A stretch of DNA of 64,000 nucleotides from Planctomycetota bacterium (lineage in GTDB: Bacteria > Planctomycetota > UBA1135 > UBA2386), in the NCBI GenBank assembly GCA_965228735.1, contig OZ245838.1, positions 5,600,001 through 5,664,000 on the forward strand, read 5' to 3'. The position numbers were made by a program, and so were the translations under genes. This document shows, in pieces, positions 18,338 to 27,322 of the stretch. Within the stretch, counting starts at the first letter, position 1. Each line of letters opens with the position of its first letter. Under the pieces are notes generated by a model, which made no database searches, was not told where the DNA came from, and worked only from the letters and a program-made list of their open reading frames with translations.

Positions 18338-19250
18338 GGTCCGCGGTCAGGATCGCGTGGGCGTTGACGACGGTGACGGGCAGGTGCGCGTGCTGCACGA
18401 AGTGCTCGACGTGACGGCCGGGCCCGACGTTGACGAAGCGCGTGACCCCGTGACGTTCGTGCAGGGTCCGAATCGCGGCCGCGAAGTCGAAGGGCGCCGC
18501 GACGTTGTCGGCGAGCTCGCGGGCGAGTTCGGTTCGACCTCCGAGTTCGCACTGGGTCTGACTCGAATAGATGCGGACGCCGTCCGCGGGCAGGAGCGGC
18601 GCTCGGGCCAGCGATCGCAGCAGCTGGTCGGCCAGCGGTCGCCAGGCCGGGCCGTGCAACCCGCACGGCGCCAGGTCGAAGAGGCGCAGCCCGCGGGCGA
18701 TCAGGGCGCAACGCGTGGTCTTCTCGTTCGCCGGATCGACGGGCAGCGCGACCATGCGTTCGGACAGCCGACTGTGGTGCCGTGCGAGCGGGCCGAGGGC
18801 GGCAATTGCCCGGTCGGCCGCGGTCCGGTCCGCGGCGAACGCGACGATCGCGCGCCCCGTATCGCCGCGCGGGGCCTGCGGCGGCAGGTTCGCGAGGAAC
18901 GTGAGCAGGTCGTGGAAGTCGGCGGACCCGGCGGCCAGCGTGCGGGCCACGTTGCCGATCGAGTAGCCCGTGTGCCACGTCGCGGCGAGGCCACGCGCTT
19001 GCAGCGCGTGGGCCGTGCCGAGCTGCATCGCGGCAACGGCCAGCGCCGGCCACCGCCAGTCGCGCGCGTCTCGCAGCACGCGTCCGCCGGCGAGGAGCGC
19101 CGCGCTCGTTCTCGCGAACTCCGGATCGGCGCCGAACACGCGTTCCGCGCGGCCCCACAACGACCGGAACTCGGGTAACGCGAGGCTGCTGCCGAAGTCG
19201 ACGGCACGCTGCACGCCGTCGAGACCCGCGAACACGAACCCGGTCGTCAC
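18318..19250 (-). CDS. Divergent FabD-like (ACP S-malonyltransferase fold) acyltransferase
   Basis: GFVFAGL.G.Q, GYSIG nucleophile elbow, CGLH, ELADNVAAP.DF and FVNVGPG. The GTG start overlaps the upstream stop. Confidence 0.7.
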   Translation of the reverse strand: MTTGFVFAGLDGVQRAVDFGSSLALPEFRSLWGRAERVFGADPEFARTSAALLAGGRVLRDARDWRWPALAVAAMQLGTAHALQARGLAATWHTGYSIGNVARTLAAGSADFHDLLTFLANLPPQAPRGDTGRAIVAFAADRTAADRAIAALGPLARHHSRLSERMVALPVDPANEKTTRCALIARGLRLFDLAPCGLHGPAWRPLADQLLRSLARAPLLPADGVRIYSSQTQCELGGRTELARELADNVAAPFDFAAAIRTLHERHGVTRFVNVGPGRHVEHFVQHAHLPVTVVNAHAILTADLTARSA

Positions 19251-19762
19251 GTCTTGTTGAGTGTCGCGGTGCCGTTGGCAACCGACGCGTTGTCGAACGT
19301 GATCGTCACGTTGGCGGTGATCTGAGTCGCGTTCCAGGTGCCGGTGAGCGCGAAGCGATCGACCGCGCCGGGGATCCCGGTCCCATTCAGCGTCAGCGTT
19401 CCGTCGCTGGCGAGCGAACCGGTGACGGTGCCGTAGACCGTCGACGTGATGCTGACGAGGTTGGCGTCGGTCATGCTGATGTTCGCCGTGAAGTTTTCCA
19501 ACGCCGGATCGGTGCCGCCGAACACGTTGCCGTCCATGTCGAAATCGACGCTGAACGTCGAGCCGCTCTGGGTGACCGTCATCGTGACGTTGCCGGTGCT
19601 GGCGAACGTGGTGTTGGTCCAAGTTCCGGACCACGTCCCGAGGTAGGTCGAAGCGGTGAAGGTGCCGCCGCCTCCACCGCCGCTGCTGCCGCTGCAGCCG
19701 GCGAGGAAGAACGGGGTCAGCGCGAGCGCGCCGGCGAGAATACGGGTGGCTAGTCGTCCCAT
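19247..19762 (-). CDS. Hypothetical lipoprotein (paralog 1)
   Basis: Lipobox LAGC, Gly linker, GTWSGTWTNTT and a beta-rich body. Confidence 0.82.
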   Translation of the reverse strand: MGRLATRILAGALALTPFFLAGCSGSSGGGGGGTFTASTYLGTWSGTWTNTTFASTGNVTMTVTQSGSTFSVDFDMDGNVFGGTDPALENFTANISMTDANLVSITSTVYGTVTGSLASDGTLTLNGTGIPGAVDRFALTGTWNATQITANVTITFDNASVANGTATLNKT

Positions 19763-19840
19763 CGCCGCGTGCAGCGGCAGGAGCAGCCCGTCGACCGCCA
19801 ACGAATCGGAGAAAAAGAGCCGAGCGGACGCGGCGGCCCT

Positions 19841-20362
19841 CTACGGCGTCTTCATCAACGTCGCGTAGCCCGTCTGGACGGAGCCGTTCTCGCCGCGGAT
19901 CGTCGAGTTGATCGTGATCGTGTCCGCGAGGACCGAGCCGATGAGTTCGAAGCTCTCGGAGCTCGAGGGCACGTCCGTGCCGAGAACGGTGATGACGCCG
20001 AAGCCGTCGAGGCTGCCGGTCAACGTGCCGAACGAGTCGGATCTGACGCTGATCAGGTCCGCCGAACCGGCGCCAACAGCGAGTTCGAACGTCTCCTCTT
20101 CCGGGTCCAACGTGCCGAAGATGTTGCCGGTGATCTCGAAGTCGACGGTCATGGTCATCTCGTCGAACGTGACCATGAGGGTGATGTTGCCCGTCGCGCC
20201 CGACGTGGCGTTGGTCCACGTGCCGGTCCACTCGCCGACCCAGACCAGCGGGTTGAACGTGATCGAGACCGGGGTTTCGTCGGTGCTGCTGTTACTGCAG
20301 CCGCCGGTCGCGAACGCGAGAGCGAGCAGCGGCAAGGCGAGGGCGGAGGGGCGCGCAGACAT
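19841..20362 (-). CDS. Hypothetical lipoprotein (paralog 2)
   Basis: Lipobox-like TGGC and GEWTGTWTNAT. Clear similarity to the neighbouring gene. Confidence 0.82.
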   Translation of the reverse strand: MSARPSALALPLLALAFATGGCSNSSTDETPVSITFNPLVWVGEWTGTWTNATSGATGNITLMVTFDEMTMTVDFEITGNIFGTLDPEEETFELAVGAGSADLISVRSDSFGTLTGSLDGFGVITVLGTDVPSSSESFELIGSVLADTITINSTIRGENGSVQTGYATLMKTP

Positions 20363-20421
20363 GGGACGGAAGGATGACCGCGCGTTCCGTCAAGAACAGT
20401 GAAGGCATTGTTAAGAAGGCG

Positions 20422-20976
20422 TCAGACGTCCCCGGGCGCCGTCGCCGGCCGGCGAGCCAACAGGTGTTGCCGGACCGCCCGGATCGGCACGCCCTCGGCG
20501 CCGTGGCCGTACTCGATGAGCCGGAGTTCGCCGCGGATCGCGTCGAGCAGTTCGCCCGGCCTCAGCAGGAAGTCCGGATTGCGCGGCCTGCCGTGGCGTT
20601 CGTGGCCCGCCGCGAAGGTCTCGTAGAGCAGCAGACCGCCCGGGGCGACGCTCCGGACGATCGTCTCGAGCAGCGGGCGCCAGAGGTAGTTGGTCACGAC
20701 GACGGCGTGGAACGTCCGGCCGGCGAGCGGCCACGGCGCGCCCTCGAGGTCGGCCTCGACGATCTCGAGCCCGGGGCGTCGCAACTCGCGGAGTCGCGTC
20801 ACGTCACGGTCGACCGCGACGACCGGATGACCGCGGTCGAGGAACAGCCCGGTGTGTCGACCGCCGCCGGCCGCGACGTCGAGCACGGGACCCTCGGGTG
20901 TGAGGTGCTCGGCCCAACGGCGAATCGCGGGTGCGGGCCGTTCGTTCGTCGTGCGCTCGTCGTGCATCTCAGCCAT
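20422..20976 (-). CDS. Class I SAM-dependent methyltransferase (TehB-like)
   Basis: VLDVAAGGGRH, VVAVDRD, ADLE, VVTNYLWR, PGGLLLYETF and F.L.PGEL motifs. Confidence 0.88.
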   Translation of the reverse strand: MAEMHDERTTNERPAPAIRRWAEHLTPEGPVLDVAAGGGRHTGLFLDRGHPVVAVDRDVTRLRELRRPGLEIVEADLEGAPWPLAGRTFHAVVVTNYLWRPLLETIVRSVAPGGLLLYETFAAGHERHGRPRNPDFLLRPGELLDAIRGELRLIEYGHGAEGVPIRAVRQHLLARRPATAPGDV

Positions 20977-21157
20977 CGTTTCGTACGGGAAGTCCCGTGC
21001 GGTTACTCCCGCAAGCAGACGATCGCCAGCTCGAAGCGGGCCGCTTCTCGATCATGGGCTTTGTACTTCGGGTTCTGGCATGCCGATACAACGCCGTTCG
21101 CACCCGGAGAGGAGGGGCGGACACCGGCGCACGGACTACGAGGAGGAGGCGCCCCGA

Positions 21158-22792
21158 ATGGCCCAGGGACAACCGCTTTCCGCGGCACACGAACTCAACG
21201 ACACGGCACTGCGCGTGCTGATGATCGACGACGATCCGACTGACGCGTATCTCGTGCGCGCGCGGCTGCTCGACGGGATCAAACAGGCCCGTGTTGCGGA
21301 CGAACTCGAGTTCACCAACGCCGAGACGCTGAGCGAGGGGCTCGAGATCGCGACGACCGCGACGTTCGACGTGATCCTGCTCGACCTCGGTCTGCCGGAC
21401 GGCCAGGGGATCGAGAACGTCGAACGCGTGCTCGCTCGGGTGGCTGGCGTGCCGACGATCGTGCTCACGGGGCTCGTCGACGAGAAGGTCGCGATCGAGG
21501 CCCTGCGCATCGGCGCGCAGGACTACGTCGTGAAGGCCGACCTCGGCGGTCGCACGCTCATTCGCGCGGTCGCGTACGCACTCGAGCGCCATCGGCTCGT
21601 GCAGGAGATCGAGCGGGCACGCTGCGAGGACAACGAGGTCAAGGATCGCTTCCTGTCGCACATCTCGCACGAACTGCGCACGCCGCTCACGGCAGTGATG
21701 TCGTTCGCGTCGATCATGCAGGAGGGCATCGCGGGGCCGCTGACCTCCGAGCAGGAGGAGTATCTCGGCATCATCCGCCGCAACGCTGAGCAGCTGAAGC
21801 ACGTGATCACGTCGCTCATGGACGTGACCCGGGCGGACGCGGGCAAGCTGCAGTGTGACCTTCGCATCTCCGACCCGGGGAGTATCGCGCGCGACGCTGC
21901 GGATGCGTTCCGGCAACCCGCGGCGGACGCCGGCATCGGGTTGACGACCATCGTGACTCCGGGGGTTGGGCCGATCGTTGCCGACTCCGACAAGCTCGCG
22001 CAGGTCCTGTCCAACCTGGTCGCGAACGCGATCGAGTCTACGCCCGAGGGCGGCAACATCGAGGTCGGGATCGCGCCCGACCCGGATCGCGGTGAACGGT
22101 TGCGCTTCTCGGTTCGCGATACCGGTTGCGGCATCCCCGAGGGTGAGGTCGAGATGGTCTTCGAGCGCATGCACCAGGTCGGCGAGCCGCGCGACGTGAG
22201 CCGCAACGGCCTCGGCCTCGGACTGCACGTCTGCAAGGAGATCGTGCGCTTGCATGGTGGCGAGATCGGGGTCGAGAGCGCGCTGGGAACGGGCAGCACG
22301 TTCTGGTTCTCGGTCCCGCTCTACTCGTTGAGCACGTTCGTGCAGCGCGTGATCGTCGCGAACGACCGCGTGCAGCCGGGGCTGTGCCTCGTGACCGCGA
22401 AGGTGCGGCCCGAGACCGCAGTCGCTCGGGCCAAGGGGCCCGGGACCGCGGTCGACGAGGTCGCCGGTCTCGCGCGGAAGTGTCTGATCGCGATCCACGA
22501 CGTCGTTCTGCCGATCGGCTCCGGCGCGGACGGTGCCAACGCGGTCTACATCCTCGCGCGCACCGACGAAGCCGGCGGCGGCGCGTTCGTCGACCGATTG
22601 CGCGGTGAGCTCGCGGATCACCCCCGGCTGCTGCGCAACGGATTCGAAGTGGACGTGAGTCTCGACTACCTCGAGTTCGGCGAGCCGCCGAGCGCGATCG
22701 ATCAGGGAGTGCTGGAGATGACGGGTTTCGTCAACGCCTGCATCACGGGCGACGTCGAACAGGAACAGGGGTGCCGCGGGAGTAAGCTCTGA
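21158..22792 (+). CDS. Hybrid sensor kinase (REC-HisKA-HATPase) with a degenerate GGDEF-like tail
   Basis: RBS AGGAGGAGG, REC (LMIDDD, LLDLGLPD, DYVVK), H-box SHELRTPL, N-box QVLSNLVANA, DTGCGI and GLGLGL. Confidence 0.92.
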   Translation: MAQGQPLSAAHELNDTALRVLMIDDDPTDAYLVRARLLDGIKQARVADELEFTNAETLSEGLEIATTATFDVILLDLGLPDGQGIENVERVLARVAGVPTIVLTGLVDEKVAIEALRIGAQDYVVKADLGGRTLIRAVAYALERHRLVQEIERARCEDNEVKDRFLSHISHELRTPLTAVMSFASIMQEGIAGPLTSEQEEYLGIIRRNAEQLKHVITSLMDVTRADAGKLQCDLRISDPGSIARDAADAFRQPAADAGIGLTTIVTPGVGPIVADSDKLAQVLSNLVANAIESTPEGGNIEVGIAPDPDRGERLRFSVRDTGCGIPEGEVEMVFERMHQVGEPRDVSRNGLGLGLHVCKEIVRLHGGEIGVESALGTGSTFWFSVPLYSLSTFVQRVIVANDRVQPGLCLVTAKVRPETAVARAKGPGTAVDEVAGLARKCLIAIHDVVLPIGSGADGANAVYILARTDEAGGGAFVDRLRGELADHPRLLRNGFEVDVSLDYLEFGEPPSAIDQGVLEMTGFVNACITGDVEQEQGCRGSKL

Positions 22793-22817
22793 TCGTCGAG
22801 GGCGGCGTCGCCGCGGC

Positions 22818-24659
22818 TCACTGACGCAGACGCGCGAGCTGGTGGCGGACGCGCTCCGCGATCCCGGCCGCGCCCTCGCGATCGGCGCGGGCGGCGATGC
22901 GATCGCCGAGAGCGATCGCTTCTGCCCGCTCGTCCGTGAGCAGCAGCGCGCGGAACAGGGCGTACTCGTCGAGCAGTTCGGGCGCCGGCACCGCATTGAG
23001 GCGGCGCGCGAGTTCGACTGCGCGCGGGCCGTCGCGCACCGCCGCGTCGGGCGCCTGCCCGAGCACCTGCGCGAGGTTGCGCAGCAGTTCGCGGTTGTCC
23101 GGCGCGAGCGCGACGCCGCGTTCGAACCAGTCGCGGGCCGCAGCGAACTCGCCCGCGATGCCGGCCATGACGCCGAGGTTGTTGAACGTCAGAGGGTCGT
23201 CGGGTCGCGCGGTGAGCGCTCGGTCGAAGTGCGCACGCGCCGCCCTGAAGTCGCCGTTCCGGGCGAAGTGGTTGCCGACCGCGTTGTTCGATTCGAACGC
23301 GTCAGGGTAGATCGCGACCGCCCGGCGATGATGCTCGAGTCCGTCGCCGGGGGCGCCGCGGGTGTCGAGCAGGTTGCCGAGGCAGGTGTGCGCGAGCCAC
23401 GCCTCCGGTTCGGCTGCGATGGTCGCATGCCAGAGCTGATCGAGGTTGCTGAACAGATGGGCGCGGCGCCAGGTCAGTGCGCCGAGGACAGCGACGATGA
23501 TCAGGGCGACCGCGGTCGCGATCGTGCGGCTGCGGGCAGTGCGGCCGAACAGCGAGAGGCCGCCGCATACAACGAGCGCGATCGGGCCGAAGCTCGGCAG
23601 GTACTGGAAATGGTCCGCGGCGAACGCGTACCGCAGGTAATAGAAGTCGACGAGCCCGCTCACGGGCAGCAGGTTGCCGACGAATGTGAGTACGGCGAGG
23701 CCCGCTGCGAGCGTGGTGCGCGACCGCCCGCGCAGGATGGTGATAGCGCCGAAGGTGAGAACCGCGAGCAGCAGGATGGTCGGCAGCCAGCCGAGCGCCG
23801 TGCCCGCGCCGATCTCCCACTTCGCGTAGACGAACGCCAGGTCGGCTGGCCACAGCAGCTGTCCCGCATAGAACGCGACGTTCTGACCGAGCAGCGCCAA
23901 CCGCTCCGGCGGCGTGAGGGCCCAGTCGTGACCGACCGCGCCCTCGCCTCGTTCCATGACGATCGTGAGTGCCGCGAACCCGAGCGTCAGGGCGGCGAAC
24001 GGGAGCAGGCCGCGGCCCACCGATCGCGCCGCTTTGGTGGGGGAGCCGGCCGCGCGATGCCGCCAGATCGCGATCGCCGCGAGCGCGACGGGGAGCATCA
24101 GGGTCGCCGTCTTGGCGAGCAGCGCGAGCGCGAACGTCGTCGACGCGAGCACGAGCGTGCGGGGGCGCGGCTCGTCCAGCCACGAGAGCCACACGTGCGC
24201 GGTGAGCAGGTAGAGCACCGTCGAGAGCGTGTTCTTGCGTTCGACGAGCCAAGCGACCGACTCCACGTGGACGGGATGCAGCAGGAACACGAGCGCGGCC
24301 ACGAATCCGAATGGCAGGCCGAGCCGCTGCAGGAGGCGGCCGAACAGCAGCGCGGAAAGCGCGTGCAGCAGCACGTTCTCGACGTGCATGACCGTCAGGT
24401 CGAGCCCGAACAGCTGCGCGTCCAGCCACCAGGAGGTGTAGGTCAGCGGGTAGTACTGGATGACAGCACCTGGCTCGCACCAGATGCGGACCAGACCCGG
24501 AACGGAACGCAACGTTTCGTTGTCGCGGATCCAGTCCGTGTCGTCCCAGAGGAACTCACCCCCGAGGGCCGGTCCGTAGGCCGCGAGCGCGAGGCCCGCC
24601 AGCGCGAGGAACTGCACGGCGGGGTGGCTGAGGAGGCGACGTGGCACGATGGTCGGCAT
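22818..24659 (-). CDS. TMTC-like GT-C protein O-mannosyltransferase with TPRs
   Basis: FLWDD, YYPLT, HPVHVESVAW..ERK, LLAK and DHFQYLP motifs, many TM helices and C-terminal TPRs. Confidence 0.88.
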   Translation of the reverse strand: MPTIVPRRLLSHPAVQFLALAGLALAAYGPALGGEFLWDDTDWIRDNETLRSVPGLVRIWCEPGAVIQYYPLTYTSWWLDAQLFGLDLTVMHVENVLLHALSALLFGRLLQRLGLPFGFVAALVFLLHPVHVESVAWLVERKNTLSTVLYLLTAHVWLSWLDEPRPRTLVLASTTFALALLAKTATLMLPVALAAIAIWRHRAAGSPTKAARSVGRGLLPFAALTLGFAALTIVMERGEGAVGHDWALTPPERLALLGQNVAFYAGQLLWPADLAFVYAKWEIGAGTALGWLPTILLLAVLTFGAITILRGRSRTTLAAGLAVLTFVGNLLPVSGLVDFYYLRYAFAADHFQYLPSFGPIALVVCGGLSLFGRTARSRTIATAVALIIVAVLGALTWRRAHLFSNLDQLWHATIAAEPEAWLAHTCLGNLLDTRGAPGDGLEHHRRAVAIYPDAFESNNAVGNHFARNGDFRAARAHFDRALTARPDDPLTFNNLGVMAGIAGEFAAARDWFERGVALAPDNRELLRNLAQVLGQAPDAAVRDGPRAVELARRLNAVPAPELLDEYALFRALLLTDERAEAIALGDRIAARADREGAAGIAERVRHQLARLRQ

Positions 24660-24831
24660 CGCACGATACCGTCCCAACCGGTGTTCTCACAGGCGACTAC
24701 GTGAGTGTCCGGAGGGCCGGTGCCGGCGGGCCCGGAAATCCAGGGGAAACCCCTAAGGGTCCTCCCCGGCCGTTGCCGATGGCCCGGATCCGCCGCACTC
24801 GCCAAACCCCGCGGCGTCTCGTGAATCCCCC

Positions 24832-25518
24832 GTGCTCGAAACCCTCCCTCGCGCTCCCGTTCCGGCCACGCCGATCCCTCGCAGCACGCCGTTCGCGGCG
24901 TTGCGATACCACAACCACCTCGCGAAGGCAGCGGACTCGGCATTCGCGGGCATTGCGGAGCTCGCCGGTCGCGACTCGGGTGCAACGATCGCGATCGTCG
25001 TCCTCGATCGGAACGGCGAGGATCGCACCGCTGCGGTTCATGGTTGTGATCCCGACATGGTGCCGCCCGTCTGGTCCGACGGCGCTGCCGACGACTTCCG
25101 CGCGGCGATCACCGATGCGCAACCCGGCCGGGCGGTCCGGTTCCGCATCGCGATGCCGATCGTGGACGTCGATGGCGAGAGCCTCGGCACGCTGCGCCTC
25201 TACTGGGTGGTCGCCGACGAGTCGGTGCAGTTGAACGCGGACCAGGAACGGCGGCTGGAGCTGCTCGTCGCGCAAGCCTCGCACCTCGCGCAGCAGCAGC
25301 ACACTGCCGCGCTGCTCGCCGCCGGTCTCGAGCGCCTGCGCCGCGCCGACGACCTCGTGCCGATGTGCAGCCACTGCCACGACGTCCGCAACGACGACGA
25401 CCAGTGGGTGCGCGTCGAGCGCTATCTCGGTCAGATCAGCGGTGCCCGCGTTTCACACGGGATCTGCCCGGAGTGCTTTCTCGAGCACTATCCGACCGTC
25501 GCGGCCGACGGCGCCTGA
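24832..25518 (+). CDS. GAF-like protein with a C-terminal CxxC...HGICPEC metal-binding domain
   Basis: F..IAELA and AMPIV..DG..LGTL, then LVPMCSHCHDVRNDDDQW..VERY...SHGICPEC. The start is uncertain. Confidence 0.75.
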   Translation: MLETLPRAPVPATPIPRSTPFAALRYHNHLAKAADSAFAGIAELAGRDSGATIAIVVLDRNGEDRTAAVHGCDPDMVPPVWSDGAADDFRAAITDAQPGRAVRFRIAMPIVDVDGESLGTLRLYWVVADESVQLNADQERRLELLVAQASHLAQQQHTAALLAAGLERLRRADDLVPMCSHCHDVRNDDDQWVRVERYLGQISGARVSHGICPECFLEHYPTVAADGA

Positions 25519-25561
25519 ATCCGGGATCAGCCCAACGCGGGGGGCAGCGCAGCAAGGGGGA

Positions 25562-26518
25562 TCAACGCAGCGAGAGCCAGAGGCGCTGCAGCTGGCGCAC
25601 GTTCCCCGGCGCGTCGACGTAGCTCGTGCGGTTGTGCGCGAGCGTGCGGTTGTTCACGAACATCGCATCGCCACGCTCGAGCCGGAAGCGGATCACGTTC
25701 TCCGGCCGCGCCAGCAGCTCGTCCAGCAGGTCGAACGCGCGGCGCTCGTCCACCGTCAGGGGGTTGCCGGCCTTCTCCTGACCGCGCTCGATCCAGTAGC
25801 GCATGTAGCGGAACAGCACGCCGCCCGTGCGATCACAGCGCGCGAAGACGGGGAAGCGGTTGCGCAGCAGCGCCGCGTGGGTCTTCTCGATGCCCGGCGT
25901 GACGACGTCGCGGATCCATGGGCGGGAGAGGATCTCGAGGGCCCACGGCGCTTCCTGCTGCAGCGTGTCGAACACGCGCAGCGCGTTGCTCACGAGGCTG
26001 TCGCCGCCGCTCGTGCTCGGCTGTTCGCAGAGCAGCCCGACGACGTCCGGGACGGCGTCGACCGAGCTGCTGTCCGTGTGATACGCGGTCTCCGCGTTCG
26101 TCATCGAGACCGGCACGGCCTCCTTCGTGTACGACTTGCCGCGATCGACGACCGGGTAGAGCCGGCCGTACTGCAGCATCGGGTCTCCGATCGCGCATCC
26201 GATCGCGAGGTAGAGACACCTTTGCTGTTCCGCGCTCAGGCCGAGGTTGCCGAGGCCGCGCAGCTGGCACAGCCCGTAGCCGTGCTCGAGCTGGTCGCGC
26301 AGCCGGTCGCCGAACGCGGCGAGGTGCGGCAAGACCGCTGCGTCCCATTCGAACGTGTCCGCCGTGAGTTCGGGGTGCTGCGCCAGGTAGGCGATGAACT
26401 CGTCCGCGACGATCACCGGCAGCTGCCGGCGCCAGCTGCCCAACGTCGACGTCGTCCATCGTCCGGGGGCGGTAGCGGGAGCCAGCGCGGGGGCACTGAC
26501 GGGGGTGATCGTCGTCAT
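25562..26518 (-). CDS. TauD/TfdA family Fe(II)/2-oxoglutarate dioxygenase
   Basis: YHTD (HxD), VGLLC, GGDS.V.N and L..GD..FVNN..LAHNRTSY...RQLQRLW. Confidence 0.9.
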   Translation of the reverse strand: MTTITPVSAPALAPATAPGRWTTSTLGSWRRQLPVIVADEFIAYLAQHPELTADTFEWDAAVLPHLAAFGDRLRDQLEHGYGLCQLRGLGNLGLSAEQQRCLYLAIGCAIGDPMLQYGRLYPVVDRGKSYTKEAVPVSMTNAETAYHTDSSSVDAVPDVVGLLCEQPSTSGGDSLVSNALRVFDTLQQEAPWALEILSRPWIRDVVTPGIEKTHAALLRNRFPVFARCDRTGGVLFRYMRYWIERGQEKAGNPLTVDERRAFDLLDELLARPENVIRFRLERGDAMFVNNRTLAHNRTSYVDAPGNVRQLQRLWLSLR

Positions 26519-26563
26519 GGCGGCCTCGAAGGGAGAAGGGGAGAAGGGGGGCTGTTCCGGCGG

Positions 26564-27322
26564 TTACTTCGTCAGTTGGAACGCGAGGTGCAGGGGCTTG
26601 TCGCGCAGCGGCCCGAACCAGTCGGGATCGAGCTCCAGGTGCTCTTCCGTCACGTGCAGTTCCGCGACCAGCGGCATCCGGTCGAACCCGCCGTCGGCGA
26701 GCCCGGACATGTAGTCCTCGACCGTCTTGTGGACGCTGCGGACGCGCACGCTCTTGCCGTCGCGGCGCCAGATCTCGCCCTCGAACTGCACGTCGCGGCC
26801 GGAGTAGTAGCCGCGCTGCTGCGCGTCGAAGTAGAACGGCGCCGTCTTCTGCCCGAGGAAGGCGAGCGAGGGGTGCGGCACCGCGAACACGAAACGCCCG
26901 CCCGGCCGCAGCACGCGGTGGACCTCGGCCATCGTGTGGCGCGTCTGCTCGAGCGACAGGTAGTTGAACAGGAACACCGCGACGACGAGGTCGAACGATT
27001 CGGCGCCGAAGCTGTCGAGGTTGCTCGCGTCGCCGGCGACGTACTCGATGCCGAGCTGTTCGCGGCTCTCGCGCTGCTTGGCCGCTGCGATCATCTCGGT
27101 CGACACGTCGACACCGAGGATGGTGCGCGCGCCGCGCTGCTTGAGCTTGCGGGCGAAGTAGCCTTCACCGCAACCGAGGTCGAGCACGTCCTGACTCTCG
27201 ACCGGCGTGCACCAGTCGAGCAGGAACGGCCGCGCCGTGTAGTCCGACAGCAGCACCGGCTCGGTGCGCTGCCAGTCCCCGCTGGCGCCGTCGTAGATCT
27301 CCTTGGTCGTGGCCATGATCAT
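26564..27322 (-). CDS. Class I SAM-dependent methyltransferase
   Basis: VLDLGCGEG, GVDVS.EMI, GDA, FDLVVAVFLFNY and VLRPGG.FVF.VPHP. The start overlaps the upstream stop (ATGA). Confidence 0.92.
   Translation of the reverse strand: MIMATTKEIYDGASGDWQRTEPVLLSDYTARPFLLDWCTPVESQDVLDLGCGEGYFARKLKQRGARTILGVDVSTEMIAAAKQRESREQLGIEYVAGDASNLDSFGAESFDLVVAVFLFNYLSLEQTRHTMAEVHRVLRPGGRFVFAVPHPSLAFLGQKTAPFYFDAQQRGYYSGRDVQFEGEIWRRDGKSVRVRSVHKTVEDYMSGLADGGFDRMPLVAELHVTEEHLELDPDWFGPLRDKPLHLAFQLTK

Noticed and set aside
24730..24785. GAAA-capped hairpin with CTAA and GTTGCCG, resembling a c-di-GMP-I riboswitch
   Set aside because: The GGCAAA and GACGCAAA junctions are missing and the element order is wrong. 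A sigma28-like promoter fits better.
26528..26551. GAAGGG(GA) short tandem purine run between the methyltransferase and TauD genes
   Set aside because: About three imperfect units of low-complexity spacer, with no evident function.
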